Of a stretch of 64,000 bases of DNA, positions 9,782 to 18,631 are shown one piece after another. The notes under the pieces were generated by a model. That model was given only the letters and a program-made list of their open reading frames with translations, searched no databases and was not told the origin of the DNA. A program made the position numbers and the translations under genes. Within the stretch, counting starts at the first letter, position 1, and each line of letters begins with the position of its first letter. The DNA lies in NCBI GenBank assembly GCA_963726745.1, contig CAVSDR010000003.1, forward strand, positions 320,001-384,000. The letters are read 5' to 3'. This stretch comes from an uncultured Verrucomicrobiae bacterium. GTDB taxonomy: Bacteria; Verrucomicrobiota; Verrucomicrobiia; Chthoniobacterales; UBA10450.

Positions 9782-10528
9782 ATGAAGATTCTCCTCATCT
9801 GCGCCTCTCTTCTCCTCGTCGCCGAAGTCGCTCCGGCCTCTTCGCGGCAAAGCGCCAACTACTCCATCCGAGCCGACGCGATCGATGCCGGCGGGGGAAA
9901 TTCCAGCAGCGCCAGCTATCAGCAGACGAACAGCGCGGGCTTGATCAGCGACACATCCAGCGCGGCGCAGGGCGTGGTCCTTCGAAGCGGTTACGTCGCG
10001 CAGCTTTTCACTCCGCTGGAAGTGCTCAGCGCCGTCTCGCGAAAAACGCACGACAGCGCGGGAACGTTCGACATCGCTCTGCCGCTCGCTGGCCCTGCCG
10101 GCATCGAATGCCGCAGCGTCGGCGCCGGCGGAAATCACCAGGTCGTCGTCACTTTTGGCAGCCCAATTACCATGAACGGACTCTCGGTCATGAGCAGAGA
10201 TGGCCAGGCCGGCGGAGCCGCCACCGCGAACGGAAACATCGTGACGGTAAACCTGACCGCGGTCGCCAACGCGCAGACGTTGCTGATCACCTTGCTCGGG
10301 GCAAGCAACGGCTCCACCACCGCCGACCTCGCGATCCCCATGGGCGTGCTCGCGGGCGATACCAACGACGATGGCACGGTGAATTCCGGCGACTCTTTGC
10401 AAACCCGGAGCCGTTCGGGTCAGGCGCTCGGTGCGACGAACTTCCGCTCGGACGTGAACGTCGATGGCGCGGTGAACAGCGGTGACAGCTTGATCGTGCG
10501 CTCTCGCTCCGGGAGCGCGCTGCCATAG
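9782..10528 (+). CDS. Secreted protein with a Gly/Ser-rich N-motif, Ig-like domain and dockerin-like (paired EF-hand) C-terminus
   Basis: Signal peptide; GDTNDDGTVNSGD...SDVNVDGAVNSGD duplicated Ca-binding loops. Confidence 0.85.
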   Translation: MKILLICASLLLVAEVAPASSRQSANYSIRADAIDAGGGNSSSASYQQTNSAGLISDTSSAAQGVVLRSGYVAQLFTPLEVLSAVSRKTHDSAGTFDIALPLAGPAGIECRSVGAGGNHQVVVTFGSPITMNGLSVMSRDGQAGGAATANGNIVTVNLTAVANAQTLLITLLGASNGSTTADLAIPMGVLAGDTNDDGTVNSGDSLQTRSRSGQALGATNFRSDVNVDGAVNSGDSLIVRSRSGSALP

Positions 10529-10532
10529 CCGC

Positions 10533-11840
10533 ATGAGGTCACAGCTTCCAGCCTCGGCCTCTTTCCTCCGGCGCATCTCTGCCGCTGCCGTGCTCCTCGC
10601 CTCAGTCGCATTTGCGACACCGGCAGCCCGCGCCATCGACGAGTGCAATATCGAGTGGCAACGCGTCTCTCCCGCCACGTCGCCCGGTGAAAAGATCGGC
10701 TGGGCTGCGGCTTATGATTCGCGCCGCGGCGTAGCCGTCGTCTTCGGCGGAGGCAACCCGTTCACCGGCTCCACCCGTGGAAGCGATACGACTTGGGAGT
10801 TTGCCAACGGCACCTGGACATTGCGCAACCCGGCGAATCGTCCTCCCATGCGCCAGGACGCGGCCATGGCTTTCGACATTGACCGCGGTGTGATGGTCCT
10901 CTTCGGCGGCGGCGACAACGTTTTTCAAAACGAAATTCCGCAGAACGACACCTGGGAATACGACGGCAACAACTGGACGCTGCGCCAGGCGACCAACTAC
11001 GGCAACGTCGGCCAGCCTCCGCCCTTCGACGCGCCCAGGATGGTTTACGACAGCACGCGCCGGAAATGCGTCCTCATCGCTAGTGGCGACCGTCTGGGTG
11101 GCAACGAAACGCTCAACACCAGGACCTGGGAGTGGGACGGCCTGCAGTGGACGGTCGTGAACACCGCGCCCCCGGCCCGCTACGATCCTGCCGTGGCCTA
11201 TGATGCCGCGCGCCGAGTCACCTTGATGCATGGCGGTCTGGATGCCTTGACCGGGGGCCAGGGCCCATCGGGCGACACCTGGTCGTGGAATGGCGTCGTC
11301 TGGACACAGGTCGCGACCACCGGTGCGACCGCGCGGCGAGAGCACGCCATGGCTTACGACGAACGCCGCCAGGTCGTCACCCTCACCGCCGGGCGTTTCA
11401 ACTCCAGTCTCGAGCCCGAGATGTTTGGCGATACGTGGGAGTGGAACGGCACCGCGTGGACGCTCCGTCCCGACGCCGGCGCCTTCGGCTACAGCCCGCG
11501 CCGTCTCCATCAGATGTGGTATGACCGGGCCGAGCAAAGGTTAATTTCCTTCGGCGGCACCTGGTCCAACGCGCTCCCTGGGGGCGGTTTCCGCCACACC
11601 ATTAGCGACGAAATCTTTGAGGCCCGCCCGCCCGGCCGCTGGATCGATTTTAACTACAGCGGGACCCCGCGAGACGGCCTCTTTTACACCCCGTTCCAAA
11701 CGCTCAGTGCAGGCGCCGCGTCGATCCAGGCCGGTTGCACTTTGAACCTCAAGCCCGGCAGCAGTCCGGAAGCGCTTACCATCACGCGCGCGATGCGGTT
11801 GGAAGCCTATTCCACGTCGGTCAGCATCGGCCTTCCGTAA
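10533..11840 (+). CDS. Secreted kelch-repeat beta-propeller protein
   Basis: Signal peptide; about 6 repeats of AMAYDxxR...LFGG...DTWEWdG..WT. Confidence 0.88.
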   Translation: MRSQLPASASFLRRISAAAVLLASVAFATPAARAIDECNIEWQRVSPATSPGEKIGWAAAYDSRRGVAVVFGGGNPFTGSTRGSDTTWEFANGTWTLRNPANRPPMRQDAAMAFDIDRGVMVLFGGGDNVFQNEIPQNDTWEYDGNNWTLRQATNYGNVGQPPPFDAPRMVYDSTRRKCVLIASGDRLGGNETLNTRTWEWDGLQWTVVNTAPPARYDPAVAYDAARRVTLMHGGLDALTGGQGPSGDTWSWNGVVWTQVATTGATARREHAMAYDERRQVVTLTAGRFNSSLEPEMFGDTWEWNGTAWTLRPDAGAFGYSPRRLHQMWYDRAEQRLISFGGTWSNALPGGGFRHTISDEIFEARPPGRWIDFNYSGTPRDGLFYTPFQTLSAGAASIQAGCTLNLKPGSSPEALTITRAMRLEAYSTSVSIGLP

Positions 11841-11874
11841 TTTCGTCACCCAACCACACCACCCACCTCATCCT

Positions 11875-12486
11875 ATGAAGCTCCAAAAATTCCTTCTCCT
11901 CGCCGCCCTGCTCCTCGTCTTCCAGACTACCGCGCGTGCGGACGTTGCCTTGCAGTTCGGCAACTACTCCCTCCGTGTCGACGGGCAGACGACCTTCGGC
12001 TGGGCGTTTACGATCACGGCCCCGATCTCCATCACTAATCTCGGCTACTTCGATTTCCAAGGGGACGGTCTGACCGATTCGCATCCGATCGCCATTTGGG
12101 CAGGCACGGGTGGCAGTCCCCTCGCGATGGCGACGGTTCCGGCGGGGACCAGCGCCACGCTCCTCGATGGCGTTCGCTATGTCCCGATCACCCCGATCAT
12201 CCTGCCGGCCGGGACCTACGTCATCGGTGGCTTCTCGATGAACCTAACCGACAGCGTCGCGATCGAGAGCGCCATCCTGACCACAGCGCCGGGGATCAGC
12301 TACGCCGGGGCGCGGAGCGCTCAAGGCTCGTCGCTCACGTTTCCTGCGGGGAATACCCAAGGATACTCGAACGGCGACTTCGGGCCGAACTTCCAATTTG
12401 TCGCCGTGCCTGAGCCCTCGATCGCGGCACTCGTCCTGGTCGGCGGCGCGGTTTTCGTCGGCCTGCGCGCTCGGAAAACTCGATGA
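11875..12486 (+). CDS. PEP-CTERM sorting-domain protein (DUF4082-like body)
   Basis: Signal peptide; C-terminal VPEPS, TM helix and basic tail RARKTR. Confidence 0.92.
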   Translation: MKLQKFLLLAALLLVFQTTARADVALQFGNYSLRVDGQTTFGWAFTITAPISITNLGYFDFQGDGLTDSHPIAIWAGTGGSPLAMATVPAGTSATLLDGVRYVPITPIILPAGTYVIGGFSMNLTDSVAIESAILTTAPGISYAGARSAQGSSLTFPAGNTQGYSNGDFGPNFQFVAVPEPSIAALVLVGGAVFVGLRARKTR

Positions 12487-15139
12487 AAACACCACCGTCG
12501 CCGTCGGCATCTCAGCGCTTTGGCCGGCGCCGTGCATTGCGCGTGCTTGTGCCTCAACGCTGCGCGCGCGGCGACCATCCCGGTCTACAATACCAACGAC
12601 GCCTTTGCCGGATCATTGCGGCAGGCAATCAACGACGCAAATCCTGCGGGCGGCGACACGATTGTCTTCCAGATCCCCACTTCCTCCGCAGGCTACAATC
12701 CAAGCTCCGGTGTCTTCACCATCGGCCTCACCAGCGGTGAGCTCTTCGTGAACAAAAGCCTAATCATCGATGGCGAGGGGAAGAAGATTGTCATCCAGCG
12801 AGCGAGCGGATCGTTTCGTATTTTTCAAGTTGCCGCCGGCACGGTCACCCTGGCGAATTTGGCGATCGCGAATGGAGTGGCGAGCAGCGCAGGCGGAATT
12901 TATAACAGCGGCAATCTGACGCTCAGGAACTGTAGTCTCTACAGCAATACCACCGGCACCGACGGCCCTTATGGCGGCGCCATCTTCAGCGGCGCCGGCG
13001 GAAGTCTACGGATCACTCGTTGTACCTTCACCGCAAACCGGGCCAACAACGACGGCAGTGCAATTTACATTGGCTATAGTGACGTCACGATTGAGAACAG
13101 CACGATCTTTTCAAATGGAAGTGCCAGCGCGGTTTTCCATAGCGGCAACGGCACCGTGCGCGTGCGCAACAGCATCATCGCCGGCGGTGGCATCACGGTC
13201 TCGGGCGCATTCGTTTCCGAAGGCTACAATATCATCGGGAGTGCGGCGGGGAGCACCGGCTTTGGGAACATCGGCGACCAGATCGGGGTGAGCGCAGCGC
13301 AGGTAAATCTCGGGCCGCTCCAGGATAACGGCGGCTCCACGAGCACAATGCGGCCGCTACCCGGCAGCCTGGCGATTGATCAGGGAAAACGCGGCCTCGA
13401 TGCGAACGGTGTCGCCCATCAACCTCGATCAGCGCGGCCTGCCGAGCCCGGTCGATCTCCCCGGGGTGAACAATGCCGCCGGCGGAGATGGCAGCGACAT
13501 CGGCGCGGTCGAAGTCGGCCCGCTCCAGACCGGCCCCGCCTTCACCGTCACGAATACCGCCGAACATAACGACGGCAATTGCACGACGGAGGAGTGCACG
13601 TTGGTGGAAGCGTTGAATGCGGCGAACGCGAATCCCGGACGCGAACACGATCAACTTTGCTGCCGGCGTCGGTGGCACAATCACAACCGCGCTGACGCCC
13701 AGCGGGCTCGCGGTCACTAGCCCAGTCACAATTAACGGTCCGGGCGCTCGCAAGCTGACGATCAAACGAATCTTCGGCCGGCCGCGTCTTTTGGGTGGCA
13801 TCACCGGAGTCAGGATCTCCGGGCTGACGGTCGCCAGACGGCATTCCTCTACGGTGAAAACGGAGCGGGTCTTCTCGTCAAGAGCGGTAGCGATCTGACG
13901 CTCACAGACTGCGCATGATACTCAGCCTCGCTTTCGCGGATGGAGCCGTGGCAGGAAGCGGCGCTGGCTTGTACAATGAAAGCGGCGCGACCTCGACTCT
14001 GCTCCGATGCAACCTTTGACGACAATGGCGCGAACCAGTTCGGTGGCGGAGTTTACAGCGATGGCACGCTGACCGCGACAAACTGCACCTTCACCCGCAA
14101 CATCGGCGCTACGCGGCGGCGGGCTGATCTCGCGAGCTGACGGTGGCGCCGCGAAGATGACGCTGCGCAACTGCACGATCACCGGCAACACGGCGAGCGA
14201 CGGCGTAGCCTCGCCGGGTTTCGGCGGTGGCGGCGTCTTCGCGGAAGGAAACAACACCCAGTATTTCGCCGCGAACAATCTCATCGCCGGCAACACCGCC
14301 ACGAACGATCCGGACATCCGCGGCAACTACACCACGCAGGGCAACAACCTGATCGGCAAAATCGGCGACGCGACCGGTTTCACCAACGGGGTGAACGGTG
14401 ACAAAATCGGCACCGTCGTCGACGCCGTTGGACGCACAGTTTGGCTCCTTCGGCGCCAACGGCGGCGCCGACCAACACCTGGAGCCTGCTGGCAAACAGC
14501 CCGGCGATTAACGCCGGGAACGACAGCCTCGCGCCCGCGACCGACCAGCGCGGCTTCGGCCGCAATGGTGCGAGCGACATCGGTGCGTTTGAGTTCAACG
14601 GCGTGCCGCCGGCCATCCCTCTCGTCGGTGCGGTTTCACGCCGGACGCACGCCAGCGCCGGCACCTTTGACATCAACCTCCCACTGACCGGAACACCCGC
14701 GGTCGAGTGCCGCACGGGTGACGCCAATGGCGATCACACCCTGGTTTTCCATTTCGAAAACTCCCTCGCCAGCGTGGGCAGCGTCGCGGTCACCAGTGGC
14801 ACCGGCTTTGTCAGCTCGAGCGCGATCGCGAACGATGCCCGCCAGTTTGTCGTCAACCTGAGCGGGATCGCGAATGAGCAGCGCGTGACCGTGACTGCGT
14901 TTAACGCCACCGACAGCCTCGGCTACACCAGCACGGCCGTCCCGGTCTCGATCCGGTTCCTCGCGGGCGACACCAGTGGCGATGGCTCGGTTAATTCAGG
15001 CGACGCTTTGCAAACTCGCAGCCGGTCCGGGCAGACCACCGATGCCGCCAATTTCCGTTCCGATTTGAACGGCGACGGCACCGTCAACAGTGGCGATACG
15101 CTCCTCGTGCGCGCACGTTCGGGCACATTTGTGCCCTAA
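12483..15139 (+). pseudogene. Large secreted beta-helix (choice-of-anchor-Q/CSLREA-like) protein with C-terminal Ig and dockerin-like module, broken by many frameshifts (assembly error or decay)
   Basis: Fragments across frames: GSLRQAI..AN, GGIYN.G.LTL, LGPLQDNGG...PGSLAIDQG, DQRG...DIGAVE, CTLVEALNAAN, SPAINAG...TDQRGFGR..DIGAFE and the dockerin loops. Removing one A from ATGAAAAC at 12483 restores the signal peptide MKHHRRRRHLSALAG... Confidence 0.8.
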
Positions 15140-15150
15140 GGCAATTTCCT

Positions 15151-16674
15151 TCAGGCAATCGCTTCAAGCACGCGCCAGAATTCTTCCAAGGTTCCCTCTT
15201 CGCGAATGGCGCGATTGAGGGCGTCGATCCGCTGGTCGTCCGCCGCCTCTGGCAGCGGAACACGTCGAGCGCTGCGGCCGTTCCTCCGAAAAACGATCTC
15301 GTCCCACTGGATAGATTCAATTTCACGATTGAACCTGGCCACCGCGCGGCCGCGGAAGAAAGCGCGGGTGGTCTCGGGCGGGGCGAAGATCGCGGCGCGG
15401 ATTTCGTTTTCCTCGACCACGCGGCGCATCGTCCCCTGCCGCTCGAGTTCGTAGAAGAGCCCGGCGTCGGGCTGGATGTTGTGATACTCCAGATCGATCG
15501 CCTGCAGCCACGGATCACTCCAGCTCAGTTTTTCCTCCTCCTGGAAAGAGGTGAGGAGAAACTTCTTCGCCACCCAGTCGACACGATCTCTCGTTAGGCT
15601 AACGTCGCGTTCGAGGTCGTGGAGCACGTTCTCCCACTCGCGTAGCAGCCATGCGGTCTCTTCCTCCGCCGCCCGCTCGCTCTCCTGCGCCGCGCGAAGA
15701 TAAAGGCGCTGCACCTCGATCGCGGAAATCTTCCGCCCGTCGCGCAGCTCGATGATCCAATCATACGTCTGGTCGCGGCTGATCGACTTGAGCGCCTCGA
15801 CCGGCTGGGCGATTTCGATCTCGGGCGCGTTCCCGTTTTCGATCAAGTCAAGCACGAGCGCCGTCGTGCCAATCTTCAGCGCGGTGGCCCATTCGCTCAT
15901 GTTCGCGTCGCCGATGATCACGTGGAAACGGCGATACTTCGCGGCGTCGGCATGCGGCTCGTCGCGCGTGTTCACCAGCGGGCGCTTGTTCATCGTGTCG
16001 ATGCTCACGAGCACGCTGAAGAAATCCGAGCGCTGCGAAATCTGGTAGACGCCCGGCTGGCTGGCGGCGCTCTCGACTTCGATCCCCATCTTGCCGGCTC
16101 CGGCGAAAATTTGCCGCGTGATCAGAAACGGGAGCATCCCCGCGACCACGCGATTCCACGGGACGTCACGGCGCATCAGGTAATTATCGTGGCAGCCGTA
16201 GCTGTGGCCGACGAAGTCGGTGTTGTTCTTGTAAAGCCGCAGTTCCTGCTCGGGCGGCAGCTTCTCGTTCCGCCGCCGGGCGCACTCCGCGAGCACCCGC
16301 TCGCCGGCTTTATCGTGGGCCACGAGCTCGCGCAGGGTGGTGCACTCCGGCGTGGAATATTCCGGATGCGCGTGGTCGTTATAAAAACGGGCGCCATTCG
16401 AGAGCACGAGGTCGCTCTTGATTTCCTGGAAACTGAGCGGGCGGTTCTGGTCGATTTCAAAATAGGCGGACTCGTCCGTGTCCTGGAGCAGCTCCTTCGC
16501 CCGAAAACCGCGCGCGTCGCGGTGCGGATCTTCCAGCGCGTAATCCCACTTCATCAGCGCGCCGTGTTCCGTGTAGGAACGCACCAGCTCGATCGATTCG
16601 GCCACGACATCGAGCGACTCGGCGCCGTTGATCGTGATCCCGTATTCCGTCTCAATCCCAAAGACGCGCTTCAT
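15151..16674 (-). CDS. dop: Dop-like deamidase/depupylase (PafA2 family) of the Pup/UBact system
   Basis: GIETEYG, Dop-loop WDY..EDPHRDARGF, NGARFYNDHAHPEYSTPE, KNNTD..GHSYGCHDNYL, RPLVNTRDEPHA, RRFHVIIGDAN. Confidence 0.92.
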   Translation of the reverse strand: MKRVFGIETEYGITINGAESLDVVAESIELVRSYTEHGALMKWDYALEDPHRDARGFRAKELLQDTDESAYFEIDQNRPLSFQEIKSDLVLSNGARFYNDHAHPEYSTPECTTLRELVAHDKAGERVLAECARRRNEKLPPEQELRLYKNNTDFVGHSYGCHDNYLMRRDVPWNRVVAGMLPFLITRQIFAGAGKMGIEVESAASQPGVYQISQRSDFFSVLVSIDTMNKRPLVNTRDEPHADAAKYRRFHVIIGDANMSEWATALKIGTTALVLDLIENGNAPEIEIAQPVEALKSISRDQTYDWIIELRDGRKISAIEVQRLYLRAAQESERAAEEETAWLLREWENVLHDLERDVSLTRDRVDWVAKKFLLTSFQEEEKLSWSDPWLQAIDLEYHNIQPDAGLFYELERQGTMRRVVEENEIRAAIFAPPETTRAFFRGRAVARFNREIESIQWDEIVFRRNGRSARRVPLPEAADDQRIDALNRAIREEGTLEEFWRVLEAIA

Positions 16675-16692
16675 TATTGGGCGAGCGAATGA

Positions 16693-18396
16693 TCAGATGA
16701 TCCCCGAAGTGCGTCGGGCCATGGCGCTCGCCGCCGCCGCTCGAGCGGGCGCGATTTTGACGACATTTTCCGGGTCGTAATCGATCAGCTTAAACCAATC
16801 CTCGGCCACGTCGGCCGGCGGGAAGATGTCGTTCTCGCTGAACTCGGCCTGGAACGAGAGCTCCAGATCCTGCTGGCTAATGCCAACCGCCGGCGCTTCC
16901 TCCGCGTTGCTCGCGATCGCGCGCTTGATTGCCCGCGCCTTCGCCCGCTCGACCACCGAGGCGATAATCGCGCCGCTCAACAGGTCGCTCCGGTAGACGT
17001 TTTCTTTCCGACCACTCCGCAGCGTGATCTCGAGGAATTTGTTCTCCTCGGTCTTCGCAAACTGCCCCTCGAGCAGGCGCTCGATCAGTTGCTCGACCGC
17101 CGCGTGCGTCTTCTCCGCGCCTTCCAGCACCGCGCGGTCATAGGGCAACTCATCGGTCAGATAAATCCGGTAAATTTCGCGCGCGCCCGCGCGGTTCGGA
17201 CGGCGCACCTTGATTTTCCGGTCGATTCGGCCCGGGCGCAGGATCGCCGGATCGATCAGGTCGGCGCGATTCGAAGCTAGGATAATCACGACGTCATCCA
17301 GCGACTCGATCCCGTCCATCTCCGAGCAAAACATCGGCACAAGCGTGGAGAGAATGTTCGAGTGCCGCGAAGAGCGGCGCGTCCCGAGGATGCTCTCGGC
17401 TTCGTCGATGAACAGAAACGGCATGTAGCCTTCGCGGCGTTTCTCGCGGGCGGTGGCGAAGATTTCCCGCACCATCCGCTCGGATTCGCCCACCCACATG
17501 TTCAGGATCTCCGGGCCCTTCACGTGCATGAAGTATTCCTTCATCTCGACGCCTGTTTTCTCGCGCAAGCGCCGCGTGAGATTGTAGGCCGTGGCCTTGC
17601 CGATGAGCGTTTTCCCACAGCCCGGCGGGCCATAAAGCAGGAAGCCTTTCGGCGTCGCGTGCTGGTATTTTGCGAAGAGCTCGCCATGGATCAGTGGCAA
17701 CTCGATCGCGTCCTTGATCGCCTGCAGCGCCTCGTCCTGACCGCCCACTTTTTCCCACGGCAACTCCGGCACTTCATCGAGGTAATGCTCGCGCGATTCC
17801 GGATGCGGCAGCGCCTCCAGCGCCATGCGGTAACTGGGGTCCACCCGCACTTCGTCGCCGGATTTAAGCGACGACTTCACCAGCGGTGCAGAGCGCTCGA
17901 GGATGGTCGATTGCATCCCGTGCTCGCCGCCCACGCGCAGCCGGTCTTCGCCCAGGACCTCGGTAATTTTCGTCACCGGCCCAGCGTTTTCAAAACCGAG
18001 ATCGCCTACGATGACGTAGGCTTCGTTGACCAGCACGCGCGTGCCCTTCTTCAAATCACGCAGCCGAATCCGCGGATCGACGTTGCAATAATAATCCGAG
18101 CCGCCGACGACAATGTGCGCCGTGTCGCGCGTCGGATTCCCAAGGTAAGTGCCGATGCGATTGGCCGGCGAAGTCACCTTCTTGATCACTTCCTCGAGCT
18201 TCTCGATCATCTGCCGCGCGCTCGCGATCATCTCCTCGTGCTCCGCGATCTCCTCGCGCAACTCCAGGAGGTCGGCCCGCAGTGGCGAGCCCGGCTCCAC
18301 CTGCGCCACCACCAGATCGAACAACTGCAGGAGGCTCAAGGGCTCGCCGCCGCCGCCGCCGTAGTTTTCCATCTCGTCGTTTGTTTTTTCGTCCAT
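16693..18396 (-). CDS. arc: Proteasome-associated AAA+ ATPase (ARC/Mpa family)
   Basis: N-terminal coiled coil, OB domains, GPPGCGKT, KGPEILNMWVGESER, Walker B FIDE, SRH DPAILRPGRIDRKI; directly upstream of dop. Confidence 0.92.
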   Translation of the reverse strand: MDEKTNDEMENYGGGGGEPLSLLQLFDLVVAQVEPGSPLRADLLELREEIAEHEEMIASARQMIEKLEEVIKKVTSPANRIGTYLGNPTRDTAHIVVGGSDYYCNVDPRIRLRDLKKGTRVLVNEAYVIVGDLGFENAGPVTKITEVLGEDRLRVGGEHGMQSTILERSAPLVKSSLKSGDEVRVDPSYRMALEALPHPESREHYLDEVPELPWEKVGGQDEALQAIKDAIELPLIHGELFAKYQHATPKGFLLYGPPGCGKTLIGKATAYNLTRRLREKTGVEMKEYFMHVKGPEILNMWVGESERMVREIFATAREKRREGYMPFLFIDEAESILGTRRSSRHSNILSTLVPMFCSEMDGIESLDDVVIILASNRADLIDPAILRPGRIDRKIKVRRPNRAGAREIYRIYLTDELPYDRAVLEGAEKTHAAVEQLIERLLEGQFAKTEENKFLEITLRSGRKENVYRSDLLSGAIIASVVERAKARAIKRAIASNAEEAPAVGISQQDLELSFQAEFSENDIFPPADVAEDWFKLIDYDPENVVKIAPARAAAASAMARRTSGII

Positions 18397-18499
18397 CGAG
18401 TCGCCGGTTGGGAACGCCTGCAAGAAAGATACGTTCCGCGGATTCGACACGCAATGCGCGCCGCTTGTTCAGTGCCGGCGCGCGCGGGGGAAAAAGTGG

Positions 18500-18528
18500 T
18501 TGAAGCAGGCCAGCGCTCGACCTACTCT
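18500..18528 (+). promoter_or_regulatory. Putative sigma70 promoter of tRNA-Asp (TTGAAG-N17-TACTCT)
   Basis: Canonical spacing, 17 nt upstream of the tRNA. Confidence 0.55.
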
Positions 18529-18545
18529 CCCGCTGCCTTTTTCAA

Positions 18546-18619
18546 GGAGTCTTAGCTCAATTGGTTAGAGCGCCGCCCTGTCACGGCGGAGGTTGCGGGT
18601 TCGAGCCCCGTAGACTCCG
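18546..18619 (+). tRNA. tRNA-Asp (GTC), CCA not encoded
   Basis: Acceptor GGAGTCT/AGACTCC, D-arm TAGCTCAATTGGTTAGAGC, anticodon arm CCGCC-CTGTCAC-GGCGG, T-loop GGTTCGAGCC. Confidence 0.97.
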
Positions 18620-18631
18620 GTTTTTCCCGGC

